From a virus, in the IMG/VR virus record IMGVR_UViG_3300041956_000313, positions 28,727 through 92,726 of that record: a DNA stretch of 64,000 nt; one strand, given 5' to 3'. The notes below the pieces were generated by a model. The model did not search any database. It was given only the letters and a program-made list of their open reading frames with translations, and was not told the DNA's origin. Of this stretch, positions 28,277-39,020 are shown piece after piece (the first letter of the stretch is position 1; the number at the start of each line of letters is the position of its first letter). Both the position numbers and the translations under genes were made by a program.

Positions 28277-30445
28277 GTGATGTCTGCACAGTCCGGTATT
28301 GCAATCAACGTTGACCCGCGTCCGGCTCAGTCTGGTGCGGCGCAAGTCAACCGCGCCATATTGTCGATTCGAGACAATGTGGTTGGTCTGCGGCAAGACA
28401 TCGACCGTCAATCGCGGCAGATGCGAGAAGACTTTCAGCAGATGGCCACGACTGTTAATCAGTCAGCCAATCAGACCACGGCTGCTCTGCAGAGAAACAC
28501 GGCCGGTATCAATTCGGTGATGGGCAGCTGGCGGCAACTTCGCAGCGTCATACCTATTGCAATCATCGCCGGACTCACGCGCGAGCTCATCCAGCAAGCA
28601 GATGCTTACACGAAAGTTCAGTCACAGTTGCGACTGGTAGTAGAAGACCAGAGGCAGCTTGCTGCAGTCTCAGATTCGGTTTACAGGATTGCGCAGGACA
28701 CACGCAGTGCGTTAGGTCCGACTGCGGAACTATATGCGCGTCTGTCACGCTCGACACGTGATCTAGGACTAGAACAGCAGCGTGTTGCAAACCTGACGAC
28801 AACGATCAACCAAGCCATTCAAGTCGGTGGCTCGACGGCGAATGAGGCAGCCTTCGGCGTCATTCAGTTTGGTCAGGCACTCGCGTCAGGTGCACTGCGC
28901 GGTGACGAACTTCGGTCGGTGATGGAACAGATGCCTCGCCTGTCGCGCGCGATTGCCGAAGGCATGGGTGTAAGTATCGGTGAGCTGCGCAGGCTGGGTG
29001 AGGCCGGTGAGCTCACGACTGGCAGACTGATTGCTGCCCTTGAAGATGCAGCACCGAAGATCGCGGCTGAATATTCAAAGATGACGCCGACGATTGGCTC
29101 TGCCTTTACGGTGCTCGGCAATTCGGTGACGCGGTTCATAGGCGAGCTGAATCGTGCAACCGGAGCAGGCGGGCGATTCAGTGAGATGCTCACGGGCGCT
29201 GCCAGTGGCGTCGACAAGATGACTGAAGGCATCAAGGGCGTGAATGTCGAGATGGTTCGGTACAACGCCAACCTTGAGAAATCGAAAGAGTTTTGGTCGT
29301 CGGGAGGAATCACCGGACTCATACCTGGAGCCTTCAAAGTAGGGCAGAGTATAGGTGACTCTATTTCGGGTGCGCTTCAGGGCCCCGGCCCACCGTTAGG
29401 CGGCCCGCTTGCTGATCCTGTGAGCGCAGCTCTGCGCGGCCGCGGAGCTTCATTGCTGCAGCCGATAGACACACGTGCGATTGGGCAGACTGCGCGCATT
29501 CCGTCAATGAACTTGCTGACGGCCGAAGACCTGCGACGTCTGCGTGAGAGGCAGGAAGAGGAAGACTTCGAGAACTTCATCAGCAATGTCGGGCGCAATT
29601 CAGCGGCGCAACGTCGTGCCGGCATCGGTACGAACGTCGGTCGGACAATCAACCCTGACGACACCACTCGAATTCGTTCAAGCACGGGTGGTGCGAAAGA
29701 GATTTTTGACGAAAGCATCGTCAAGAGAGTTGACGAGACGGTGCGCAGCACCGAGGAGAACATCCGGAACATTGAGCACACCACCGAGACGTCTGCGGAG
29801 TCTATGCGCAATCACTATGCGCAGTTCTTCGATTACGCGAAGTTTGCATTTGACGAGCTCGACAATAGCAGCAGCACGTTCATGACGAGCTTCTCGGAAG
29901 GCTTCGCGCAAATGGTTGCGTCCGGCAAGTTTGATTTCCGCAGTCTGGCGCAGGCAATCATCGCAGACCTCATCCGGATTCAAGTGCGTGCCATTGTCGT
30001 GCGCACTATCTTGTCTTTCTTCGGCGGCAGTTCTGGTGCAACGAGTGCAACGAGTCTGAGTGGGTCGTCCGGAGTCGGTGCGTTGAATGGCTCGACCGTT
30101 GGGTATGCTGCGCGCGGCTCCAGCTCATTGCGTGAAAACACGATCGTAGGTGAAGAGGGCATGGAATTGCTGCAGTCAAGGAACAATGCCGGCGCGCGCA
30201 TCATGAACAACCGGGACACACAGCGTCTTTTGCGTGACATGAATGGCCGTCGTGTCGACGTCGAGTCAGGCAGCAGCGGAAGCGGTGGTGGCAACACCTA
30301 CATTTCAATTGAGCAGACTAATCAAATCAGCACTGTGGGTGTCACTTCCGATGAGCTCGATGCGAAGTTGGGTTACACGACACAGCAAGCTGTGAAGGCC
30401 GCTGTCGCTAAGGTCCAGGTGCTGAACTTGAACGGTCGTCTGTAA
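28277..30445 (+). CDS. Tail tape measure protein
   Basis: QFGQALASGALRGDELRSVMEQMP tape-measure motif; GKFDFRSLAQAIIADL; VGEEGMEL. Confidence 0.92.
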   Translation: MMSAQSGIAINVDPRPAQSGAAQVNRAILSIRDNVVGLRQDIDRQSRQMREDFQQMATTVNQSANQTTAALQRNTAGINSVMGSWRQLRSVIPIAIIAGLTRELIQQADAYTKVQSQLRLVVEDQRQLAAVSDSVYRIAQDTRSALGPTAELYARLSRSTRDLGLEQQRVANLTTTINQAIQVGGSTANEAAFGVIQFGQALASGALRGDELRSVMEQMPRLSRAIAEGMGVSIGELRRLGEAGELTTGRLIAALEDAAPKIAAEYSKMTPTIGSAFTVLGNSVTRFIGELNRATGAGGRFSEMLTGAASGVDKMTEGIKGVNVEMVRYNANLEKSKEFWSSGGITGLIPGAFKVGQSIGDSISGALQGPGPPLGGPLADPVSAALRGRGASLLQPIDTRAIGQTARIPSMNLLTAEDLRRLRERQEEEDFENFISNVGRNSAAQRRAGIGTNVGRTINPDDTTRIRSSTGGAKEIFDESIVKRVDETVRSTEENIRNIEHTTETSAESMRNHYAQFFDYAKFAFDELDNSSSTFMTSFSEGFAQMVASGKFDFRSLAQAIIADLIRIQVRAIVVRTILSFFGGSSGATSATSLSGSSGVGALNGSTVGYAARGSSSLRENTIVGEEGMELLQSRNNAGARIMNNRDTQRLLRDMNGRRVDVESGSSGSGGGNTYISIEQTNQISTVGVTSDELDAKLGYTTQQAVKAAVAKVQVLNLNGRL

Positions 30446-30455
30446 GGGGTAGAGC

Positions 30456-31451
30456 ATGAGTGTTTTTCATTGGCCTGCGTCCGTTCTTCCCAAAACTACT
30501 GATTGGTGGTACGACTCGCCCAGCAGGCCGGCCATATCGCCGTTCGATGGCGACTTGACGATTGTGGGAAGGCCGACTGACAGATGGATGTGTGAGGCGA
30601 CGTTTGACCCGATCTTTGACGACAGACGGCAAGACCTGATTGCGTTCGGTTTGCGTCTTCGACATCAGTACAACCAGTTTACGCTGCCGCCTCACTTCTA
30701 TCGTCGCATGGGCTCTTTTGCTCCGGCCAACGTCGCACCGAATGGTGGGCTGTTCGCGCAGATAGGTCCGTGGACAGGAGCGTCTGCGAATGCGTTCATT
30801 GACAGTCGCACACTGTGCGTCCGAAACACCGGAGCGGCCGCAGGACAAGCGCGCTCTGGCGCGATCACAGTAACGGCCGACCTGTCCTACGCACTGCGGA
30901 TTGAATGCATGCGGGGCAAGGCCTCGACGTTTCGTGTGATGGTAGGCACCGCTGCCGGTGGCTCGACGCTGCTCGACTCCGGATCGATAGGCGAGGGCGT
31001 CTACACAGGAAGGTTTACGTCGACGTCGACGACAACCATTCACGTCACTCTCGTGTGTAACACATCAACGACCAGTGACTTCGTTTTCTTCGATCAGCTC
31101 GTGATTGAGAGATGCGGCCGCATAGCCACGCCGCTGTACACGACACCGCGTGACAACGTCGTCATTTCTGACTTGCCTGCAACGCAATTCGGTTTGCTGC
31201 AGAAGGCGGACATGATCGAAGTGAACGGCGAGCTCAAAGGCTTGCTACACGGACTCAACACTCTAGGTGATGGCACCGGGTACGTGACTTTCAATCCTCC
31301 TACCAGAGTCGCTATTCCGGAGAACTCGCCGGTGGTCATCGGGTCGCCTCGAGGCCGCTTCTTCATGCGTGAGGATCCTATGAGATTCAAAACGCAAGGC
31401 TTTTTCTCGTCTTCGTTTTCCGTGTCTCTGATTGAGGACATATCGACATGA
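30456..31451 (+). CDS. Distal tail protein with probable carbohydrate-binding insertion
   Basis: Follows TMP; SPF.G and W motifs, C-terminal FNPP.R; central beta-rich insert. Confidence 0.6.
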   Translation: MSVFHWPASVLPKTTDWWYDSPSRPAISPFDGDLTIVGRPTDRWMCEATFDPIFDDRRQDLIAFGLRLRHQYNQFTLPPHFYRRMGSFAPANVAPNGGLFAQIGPWTGASANAFIDSRTLCVRNTGAAAGQARSGAITVTADLSYALRIECMRGKASTFRVMVGTAAGGSTLLDSGSIGEGVYTGRFTSTSTTTIHVTLVCNTSTTSDFVFFDQLVIERCGRIATPLYTTPRDNVVISDLPATQFGLLQKADMIEVNGELKGLLHGLNTLGDGTGYVTFNPPTRVAIPENSPVVIGSPRGRFFMREDPMRFKTQGFFSSSFSVSLIEDIST

Positions 31452-32071
31452 GGACAATGGCATCAGGGCAGTTAACTGCTCTAGAAAAGAAAGTAGTTCC
31501 GCAACTGTTCTTCATGCGGATCGACTTGCTCGACAACCCCATCTATGTGCACAACGGTGCTACCAAAATCACGTTTGACAGCAAGACGTGGATTGGCATC
31601 TATGACTTTGCGATGATGGACGTGATTGAGGAGCAGTTAGAGAATCGCCCCTCTGACATTCGAGTGGGAATCAGAAAGATTCCCAAGTTGCTGATTGACC
31701 CGGTGATCATCAAGAAGAATCACGGGCGTCCTGCATTTCTATACCACTCAGTAGCCGACTTTCTAGGTCAACCGGTTGACACACCGACTGAGGTGTGGCG
31801 AGGCACAGTCGACTACCCGAATCTGATCATCGAGGACGATGGAGTGCAGTACTTCATCGTTCTGAAGAACGTCGCTAATAACTGGAATCGCGCGAAAACC
31901 AGAAGAATCACGGATGCTGAGCAGCAGCGTCGTTTTCCCGGAGACACAGCCTACAAACGGCTGCCAGGACTCGAAGACAAGAAAATCTTGTGGGGTCCGG
32001 ACCCGAACAAAGAGACAGCAGTGCCTCCTCCGCGCGACAACACACCGCGTTATCGCAATCGCGTGAACTGA
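31448..32071 (+). CDS. Tail tip/hub-associated protein
   Basis: TDAEQQRRFPGD motif; position in tail tip cluster. Confidence 0.65.
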   Translation: MRTMASGQLTALEKKVVPQLFFMRIDLLDNPIYVHNGATKITFDSKTWIGIYDFAMMDVIEEQLENRPSDIRVGIRKIPKLLIDPVIIKKNHGRPAFLYHSVADFLGQPVDTPTEVWRGTVDYPNLIIEDDGVQYFIVLKNVANNWNRAKTRRITDAEQQRRFPGDTAYKRLPGLEDKKILWGPDPNKETAVPPPRDNTPRYRNRVN

Positions 32072-32081
32072 GGAAAGACAG

Positions 32082-32501
32082 ATGGAAAGGGTGAGACTCA
32101 CTGAGCGCGCCATGATTATTACGTCGGCGCTCAACTACATGCGCGATCGTCCCTTCAAGTACGGTGAGTTTGACTGTCACATTTTCGCGGCTGACATCGT
32201 CAGGATGTACACATTCGTCGATTATGCTGAGTCGTTCCGTGGCAAGTATCACGATGAGAAGTCTGCTTACAAAATAGTCACGCAAAACGGTGGACCGGCC
32301 GAGTTCGTCAGCAAGGTACTGGGCAAAGAGTCGCGTGCATCGTTCATGGCGCATGTCGGTGACGTCGTGGCGTATCGGGTCGAAGATCGCAAGATAATGA
32401 TTGGTGTTTGTGTTGGTGCACGAGCAGTGTTTCTGAATCAGCGGGGCGGCTTCGAGTTCCGTGAACTGGGTGAGTGCTTGTGCTCATGGGAGATTGAATA
32501 A
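32082..32501 (+). CDS. NlpC/P60-like tail assembly protein
   Basis: PFKYGEFDCHIFAAD, GDVV, GVCVG. Confidence 0.75.
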   Translation: MERVRLTERAMIITSALNYMRDRPFKYGEFDCHIFAADIVRMYTFVDYAESFRGKYHDEKSAYKIVTQNGGPAEFVSKVLGKESRASFMAHVGDVVAYRVEDRKIMIGVCVGARAVFLNQRGGFEFRELGECLCSWEIE

Positions 32502-32502
32502 C

Positions 32503-35500
32503 ATGCCTGCTGCAATTGCCTACGTCGCTCAAGCCATAGCGACGTATTTCACGGCAAACTCGTTGGTCGTCGCGGTCATTCAGGTTGCGATTTACGCAGC
32601 ACTTGCCGTGGGCGTGTCAAAGGTACTGTCGGAGAAACCGAAGTTCGGAGACGGCTTCAACTCGGAAGCCGGACAAATGGTTGTGTCACGCGGCTCAGTG
32701 AACACCGACAGTATTGCTTATGGCCAGACCCGCAAGGGTGGAACGTTGATGTTCCTTGACGTTTCAGGTGAAGAGAACGCGCATTTGTGGCAGGCGGTTC
32801 ATGTCATAGGGCATGAGGTTGATTCTGTACAAGCGTTCTATCTAGACGATATAGAGATTCCGGTTGCATCGATCACGCCAGGAGGCGGCGTGGTCACTGC
32901 CGGTAAGTATGAGGACCGGGTGTATATTTGGTGGCATCTAGGCACCGACACACAGATGGCCGACGCGGCACTGATGGCGAACTTTCCTGATGACTGGACT
33001 GCGAGTGACCGAGCGAGAGGAAACTTTTACTTTGTCATTGCGATGACTCGTGATGGAAGCAACGCGGACGACCCCAAAGTATTTCCGACTGGTGCACCGT
33101 CTGCTGTGACAGTAGTGTTCAAGGGCTCAAAGGTCTACGATCCTCGTCTCGACAGCACGGTGGGTGGCTCGGGTTCGCACAGGCAGGCAATTAAGTCAAC
33201 GTGGCAGTGGTCGGACAATGTGCCGTTGTGCACGCGGGATTACATCTGTCGCGGCAACAGCGTTAATCCGTTCGAGTCTGGTTACGCTGAAGAGTATTTA
33301 ACCATCAACTTGTCGGAGCTCGCCGCTGCTGCGAACAGAGCAGATGCGACCATAGAATTTCCTGGAGATGTCTTTCTCAAGCAGTACACGTGCAATGGGT
33401 TGTTATCAACTGCTGATACGCTTTCGGCGAACCTAGAAATACTCGAAGAGGCGATGTCGGGCAAAGCATTCTATGCACAGGGTCAGTGGCATATTTTTGC
33501 GGGCGGTTACGATGTGCCTACTGTGATCATCCGGGGCCGTGACTTTGCAGGGCAAGTGTCGTTCATGCCCGAGGCACCGCACGACAAGCGATACAACGAG
33601 GTGCGCGCGATCTATCAGAACGCCGTGCAGTTGTGGCGTGATATCGAGTGTCTAGCGAGACAGAATCTCGACTATCAAGAGGACGATGGCGAGTATTTGC
33701 CGTTGACGATCAAGTCCAAACTGACGACTCACGAATACACGGCTCAATATCTGAGCTTCATACGTCTGCAGAAAACGCGAAACATGCAGGCGTTCTCTGC
33801 TGACATGAAGCCGCGTCTGCTTCAGATTCGACCGTGGGACACGGTCATGCTTGATGTGCCGGAGCTGCTTTGGGACATGGATGTGTTTCGTGTGCAGAAT
33901 TTCAAGATCAGCAGTGAGACAGGACTGCCTGAAGTTCTCTTCAAAGAAGAGCGGAGTGAGCTTTGGGAATGGGATCCGGAAAACGCTACTGAGCGTGAAT
34001 TTCCTGACGCAACCACTCCGCCGTTAGAACTGCCACCGGCCCCGACTAACCTGTCTGTTGCGTCACAGCCAGACAATATTCACTTGAAGTGGACGAACCC
34101 TGCACTGTCGTCATTCGAGTACATTGAGGTATGGCGCTCGACCGCTGCGCAGAACTTTTCGAACGCAACGAAGATCGCACGCGGTGTGTTCGATTCCTAC
34201 AATGATGCACAGACGGCCGCGGCCGGACAGTTTCGATACTGGGTCGTTGCAAGAAACAGGTATGGTGGTTCGTCAGCACGCGAGCCGAATGACAACTCTG
34301 GCAAGCTAGGGCAAGCGACGTCCATCGTTCCTACGATGACACTCGTGCCAAGAGGGCAGTGTGTTGCCACGTCTTCGAGCATCGAAAAGGTCGGTGGCAG
34401 CTCCGCGTGGGACTCCGACTGCTACTCACTTGAGACGTTCAGCAACGGCGTTATCTTGACTTGGAAGGCTGCGCAGACAAACAAAAACATCATCATGGGT
34501 CTGAACTCGGACCCGACGACAAATCAGAGTTACACGTCGATTGACTACGCAATGCAGATGCGTGCTGATGGACTTGTTGACATATACGAGTCCGGAGTAT
34601 TGGTGGGCTCGGCAGGCTCGTACACAACGAATTCGCAGTTCGCAATAATCTTCGACCAGACGACTTTGCGTTACATGATAGATGGTGTCATCAAACGTGC
34701 TGTCTTCTTGATCGGTCCGCGTACGTTGTTCCTTGACAGCTCGTTCAACGATCCAGGCGGCAAAGTTCTCAGTGTGAACATGGCGCCGACGTCACCGACT
34801 CCGGTAGCGGCGTTTCAGCTTATCGCGCGCGGCAATTGTCAGTATCAGAACGGCATGATTCAGAAGGTGGGCGGGAGCGGAGCATGGAATTCTGATTGCT
34901 ACTCGCCGCAGTTGTTCAATGCGTGCTCGCTCAAGTTCCGGTTCCCACAGCATCCGAGCATAGCCAACTGTCTCATCGGGCTCAACTCGGATCCCACCAC
35001 GGATCAGAATTACACGTCACTAGACTATGCATTCGAGCTCTATACAGCAGACGGCACGAATTACAGCTATTACATCTATGAAAGTGGTGTCAACGTAGTG
35101 GGGTCGACTGCGGCCTCTGCAAACGACAGATACGAAGTCAGATACGACGGGCAGTGGGTGAGGTACTACCGGAACAACACGGTTGTGCGTCAAGTGTTTG
35201 ACCCCGGCCGTCAGTTTGCTATGGACTCGTCGTTTTTCGAGCCGGGCACGACGGTCGTCGATGTTGAGTTTGGCGTACTCACTGAGTATGCACTCACTGC
35301 ATTTCTCACGACTGGCAACTGTCGGGTCAGTGACACGAACATCATCAAGCAGGGCGGCAGCTCCGCGTGGGACTCACAGGCTTACTCTGTTTCCGGTTAT
35401 CCGGTGTGCCACATCAGTGCGAAAGCAAATGGTGTGGGGGACATCATGATAGGCCTGAACAAAGATCCTACGACGGATGCAAATCACACGTCAGTCGACT

Positions 35501-36234
35501 ATGCGATGTACTTCACCGGCAGTGCAACGGTGCAGATTTATTTGAGTGGCACTCTGCAGGACACCTACGGCGGATACGACACGAACACAGAGCTGGCGAT
35601 TACATACGATGGCTCAGTAGTTCGCTTCTACAAAGACCGTGTGCAGATTTACAGCGTGAGTGACTCTGGCAAGACGTTTTTCATGGACTCGTCTTTCTAC
35701 ACGCCTGGAGCGGGGCTCAACTCAGTGAACTGGGGCCCGACGACAAATCTTGCAACCAGCAGCACGGCGCAGATTTCTCCTAATGCAGTTACTGAGGTTT
35801 CTTTGTCACGGGTGACTGGACCAGTCACAACAACATTGACGGGTGCAGGCAGCAAAACTGCGCAAATTGGGTACATATCTCGAACTGTGCCTAGTGACGA
35901 TACCCTAGTTTATGAGGTAATTGTTTCTTTTAGGTATGCAATCACGTTGACTGGGACTAATGCAAACTGGTCTGTGGAATTTTGCGCTGGGGACGGACCT
36001 ACAGATGTCGATGTTATCGCAGCTAGAGGCAGTCTGACTCAAGATTACATCAATGCCCTCCCTGATGGCGTGTATCGCTTTGCTACTGTGGTCGGGTCTG
36101 TTTCAAACGGAATTTTGGCGCCGGGCACTACGAGACGTTTTGGATTGGGAGTAAACATGGCTTACGCGCAAGCAGCAAATCTTAGTGTGCTCATTCAAGA
36201 CGTCACGATTAACTTGGGAGTAAGAAAGCGATGA
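32503..36234 (+). CDS. Central tail tip / host specificity protein with FN3 and three internal repeats
   Basis: AYGQTRKGG, KGSKVYDPR, WSDN, Y.CNG tip motifs; FN3 segment; 3 copies of K.GGS.AW.S..YS...GLN.DPTT....TS.DYA. Confidence 0.85.
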   Translation: MPAAIAYVAQAIATYFTANSLVVAVIQVAIYAALAVGVSKVLSEKPKFGDGFNSEAGQMVVSRGSVNTDSIAYGQTRKGGTLMFLDVSGEENAHLWQAVHVIGHEVDSVQAFYLDDIEIPVASITPGGGVVTAGKYEDRVYIWWHLGTDTQMADAALMANFPDDWTASDRARGNFYFVIAMTRDGSNADDPKVFPTGAPSAVTVVFKGSKVYDPRLDSTVGGSGSHRQAIKSTWQWSDNVPLCTRDYICRGNSVNPFESGYAEEYLTINLSELAAAANRADATIEFPGDVFLKQYTCNGLLSTADTLSANLEILEEAMSGKAFYAQGQWHIFAGGYDVPTVIIRGRDFAGQVSFMPEAPHDKRYNEVRAIYQNAVQLWRDIECLARQNLDYQEDDGEYLPLTIKSKLTTHEYTAQYLSFIRLQKTRNMQAFSADMKPRLLQIRPWDTVMLDVPELLWDMDVFRVQNFKISSETGLPEVLFKEERSELWEWDPENATEREFPDATTPPLELPPAPTNLSVASQPDNIHLKWTNPALSSFEYIEVWRSTAAQNFSNATKIARGVFDSYNDAQTAAAGQFRYWVVARNRYGGSSAREPNDNSGKLGQATSIVPTMTLVPRGQCVATSSSIEKVGGSSAWDSDCYSLETFSNGVILTWKAAQTNKNIIMGLNSDPTTNQSYTSIDYAMQMRADGLVDIYESGVLVGSAGSYTTNSQFAIIFDQTTLRYMIDGVIKRAVFLIGPRTLFLDSSFNDPGGKVLSVNMAPTSPTPVAAFQLIARGNCQYQNGMIQKVGGSGAWNSDCYSPQLFNACSLKFRFPQHPSIANCLIGLNSDPTTDQNYTSLDYAFELYTADGTNYSYYIYESGVNVVGSTAASANDRYEVRYDGQWVRYYRNNTVVRQVFDPGRQFAMDSSFFEPGTTVVDVEFGVLTEYALTAFLTTGNCRVSDTNIIKQGGSSAWDSQAYSVSGYPVCHISAKANGVGDIMIGLNKDPTTDANHTSVDYAMYFTGSATVQIYLSGTLQDTYGGYDTNTELAITYDGSVVRFYKDRVQIYSVSDSGKTFFMDSSFYTPGAGLNSVNWGPTTNLATSSTAQISPNAVTEVSLSRVTGPVTTTLTGAGSKTAQIGYISRTVPSDDTLVYEVIVSFRYAITLTGTNANWSVEFCAGDGPTDVDVIAARGSLTQDYINALPDGVYRFATVVGSVSNGILAPGTTRRFGLGVNMAYAQAANLSVLIQDVTINLGVRKR

Positions 36235-36605
36235 GCTGGCATTTCTACAGTCTTGAAACCGGAGTATTCGTCGACTACGTGTATGAGGGTCCTGATGTCA
36301 CGTTGAACACTCCTGCTGGGTGCGCAGCGATCAGTGGGAATTTTGATCATCGGTTGCAGATGGTGGACGTTGAAACTAATGAGGTCATAGATGCGCCCGA
36401 ACCGATTGAGAGAGAGCTGAGTCAGGAGGCATCACGTGCAAGTGGACTAGCGAGTGCGTCAAGCATGGAAGTAAAACAACTACGTGCGTTGCGTGAGGCT
36501 GTTTTGCATCTTTTTGCAGGACAATCTAACGAGGAGGTTCCGGAATCAGTGCTCCGTCTCAGACAGATAGAAAATGACATTGGCAGCCTCAGTATCAGAA
36601 CTTGA
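36231..36605 (+). CDS. Putative tail fibre assembly protein
   Basis: Coupled to tip gene; C-terminal QLRALRE helix. Confidence 0.5.
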   Translation: MSWHFYSLETGVFVDYVYEGPDVTLNTPAGCAAISGNFDHRLQMVDVETNEVIDAPEPIERELSQEASRASGLASASSMEVKQLRALREAVLHLFAGQSNEEVPESVLRLRQIENDIGSLSIRT

Positions 36606-36633
36606 AGGCTCAAGTTTTGTGTGAATAATCACG

Positions 36634-36745
36634 TCAGGTCAGTCGGCCGCAGAGTGGTGCAGACTTTCTTGATGTTTGTCACCGTCACGAGCAGAGCTCG
36701 TGACGGACATCTCGGCCTGACCAAATCTCAAGTTTCTTCCTGACC
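36634..36745 (+). other. Structured intergenic RNA
   Basis: CCGTCACGAGC-AGA-GCTCGTGACGG hairpin nested in GATGT/ACATC and GGTCAG/CTGACC pairings. Confidence 0.5.
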
Positions 36746-36758
36746 TTACGAGGGTTCT

Positions 36759-37169
36759 ATGGCAAACTCATGGTACGATCAAGGACTTCAGTCCTTCGCC
36801 GGCGGAGACGTCGCGTGGGACACGTCTGACATCCGCTGCATTCTCATCGATGAAGCCGATGACGTCATCGATCTGGTGGTGGACGACTTTCTCGACGACC
36901 GTGCGGCCGCGTCGCGTGTTGCGGTGTCGACGTCCTTCGCGTCGAAGACGTTCACGGACGGCTACCTCGATGCAGCGGATATCACACTCACGTCGGTGTC
37001 GGGGGATCCGTCAGAGTCGGTCGACATTTACTGCCACGACGGTGGTGCGGACTCGGCGCGTGCGTTGCTGCTGAACTTCGACACGGCAACGGGGCTGCCC
37101 ATCACACCGGATGGCGGCAACATCACAATTCAGTGGGACAACGGTACCAATAAGATCGCACGCCTGTAG
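36759..37169 (+). CDS. Putative virion structural protein
   Basis: DAADIT, GLPITPDGGNITIQW pattern typical of small tail-associated proteins. Confidence 0.65.
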   Translation: MANSWYDQGLQSFAGGDVAWDTSDIRCILIDEADDVIDLVVDDFLDDRAAASRVAVSTSFASKTFTDGYLDAADITLTSVSGDPSESVDIYCHDGGADSARALLLNFDTATGLPITPDGGNITIQWDNGTNKIARL

Positions 37170-37195
37170 GCGATAGACGATCAGGAGGCACTACT

Positions 37196-37633
37196 ATGTC
37201 CACTACACCAATTATCACTTCTCCGAAACGGCCGGAGAAGCTGACCATCCGTCGTGATCCGAACGCGCCTACTGAGGTGGTTCTTCTCGTCGATGGTCAG
37301 TACGTCTGCAACATTCCGTGGCAGGCGGCCGACAGAGTTGCACAGGCGCTCATCAGGTCAGCTCGTCTCTGTGAGCAGGAAGCGAACGCGAACAAGATCA
37401 TTCGAGCGGATGCTCTTTTGATCCGCACTGGAGCACCGTTCTCTTTGACCAGTGACCCGCGCATGCGGGCTGCTGCGTTCACAGATGCACAGTGGGACTC
37501 CGCTGCTCGCAAGGGAATGCCGATTCGCAAGAATCCGGTGACGGGTGCATGGACGGTTCCGTCAAAGCGTGACACTGGGACACCTGAGCTCAAGTTCACA
37601 GACCAATTTGGCAATGAGAGGAAGAAGTCATGA
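37196..37633 (+). CDS. Hypothetical protein
   Basis: AGGAGG SD. Confidence 0.6.
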   Translation: MSTTPIITSPKRPEKLTIRRDPNAPTEVVLLVDGQYVCNIPWQAADRVAQALIRSARLCEQEANANKIIRADALLIRTGAPFSLTSDPRMRAAAFTDAQWDSAARKGMPIRKNPVTGAWTVPSKRDTGTPELKFTDQFGNERKKS

Positions 37634-37878
37634 GCAAAGAAGGCACCCCGAACTCGACGCTGGCCGAGTCGCGTGCAAAGAAGCAGGCGAAGCTCGACGG
37701 TCTCAAGAAGCGTCAGGAAGAGCTGAAAGCAACGCTCGACAAGGGCAACGCAATGCGCCTGAAAGGGAATGAGATCGCACGCGGCGCGCTGCCTGAGTAC
37801 AACTCCGTCACGGAGCAGATTCGGCGCCTCGAACAGCCGAATCAGAAAGAGCAGCGCGCCGAAGAGTCTGCTGCCTAA
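37630..37878 (+). CDS. Hypothetical coiled-coil protein
   Basis: ATGA overlap. Confidence 0.55.
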   Translation: MSKEGTPNSTLAESRAKKQAKLDGLKKRQEELKATLDKGNAMRLKGNEIARGALPEYNSVTEQIRRLEQPNQKEQRAEESAA

Positions 37879-37890
37879 CACGCAGTAGTC

Positions 37891-39018
37891 ATGGCCAATC
37901 AGTTCGTCAGGATCGGTACCGGTCACTCGACCGGTACCGTACCGGCCGGAGTACGGGCCGGGCATTATCCGAATACATACTCACCGAACGGCTTTCCCGC
38001 TTCGCAAATCAGCGAGGTAGCCGGGCTGCCGAATTGTGCTGGCATTCATGCGTGGATCACGCACAGAGCTTGTGAGCCCACTCGCGGCTCGTACAGCTTC
38101 GGTCCCTTTCTCGATTACATGGACGACTGTGCCGCGGCCAACGTCGCAGTCAGTGCGTACGTCCAGGACAGGTCATTCGGCGCTTCTATCAAGAACATGC
38201 CGGATTACTATGATACGGAGATCGCAGGCGGCGGCATCTTTCAGAAAGCATTTGGCACGACTCCGAAGTCGTGGAAGCCGGGCATCGCCGCCCGAATATT
38301 CGCGTTCTGGACAGCATTGCTGAACGCGGTCAAGAATCACCCGGCTCTTGAGTTTCTAAAGTACGAGGAGGGTGACTCCGGTCTCTCGACATCGGAGTGG
38401 TCTGCAGCTCAGTTTGATCCAGATGACTATCTGCAGTTTTTGAAGGACTGGGTGTTGTGCTGTCGAGCGGCCGCGCCCAACGTCATCATCATTGCACCGG
38501 CAAACTTCTTGCCCTCCGGTCCTCAGGACATGGAAGAGTGGGTGCAATTCTGTTTCGACAACAAAGTAGGCATGGGTGGACCGGACGTCTTCCCGCAGCC
38601 GACTGCACAAGCACGTGGTCCCACTTGGACTGACAGAGTCATCAAGGGTCAGCACTATGTGAGTGGTCCTGGCTCGAACGATGCCGACTGGGACAACACC
38701 GGCATCGATCGCCGCGGCTCTATGTGCTACATGAATGACGTGCAAGACCCTGAGATGGGTAAAGGCTACGTCTGGACGCCTCAGCAGTTTTACGAGTACG
38801 CGAACAGCACTACGGTAGGGCTTGGGCAAAATCATCTCGTGTGGTGGAGGAAGAACTACACGTGGGGTAATCGTCCGGGGAATCAGCAAGTCTACTGGTC
38901 TGCGACGGGGCAGGACCCGGCGTTCTCGCAGACGAATCCGAACATGATTATCAAGTCGTGGCTACAGATGGGCGGACATCCGATGCGCACGACGAAGCCG
39001 ACTTACTGGAACGTCTGA
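37891..39018 (+). CDS. MANQF-leader protein 1, glycoside hydrolase-like
   Basis: CEPTRGSYSF, MPDY, YEE, GMGGPD resemble GH TIM barrels. Confidence 0.55.
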   Translation: MANQFVRIGTGHSTGTVPAGVRAGHYPNTYSPNGFPASQISEVAGLPNCAGIHAWITHRACEPTRGSYSFGPFLDYMDDCAAANVAVSAYVQDRSFGASIKNMPDYYDTEIAGGGIFQKAFGTTPKSWKPGIAARIFAFWTALLNAVKNHPALEFLKYEEGDSGLSTSEWSAAQFDPDDYLQFLKDWVLCCRAAAPNVIIIAPANFLPSGPQDMEEWVQFCFDNKVGMGGPDVFPQPTAQARGPTWTDRVIKGQHYVSGPGSNDADWDNTGIDRRGSMCYMNDVQDPEMGKGYVWTPQQFYEYANSTTVGLGQNHLVWWRKNYTWGNRPGNQQVYWSATGQDPAFSQTNPNMIIKSWLQMGGHPMRTTKPTYWNV

Positions 39019-39020
39019 CC

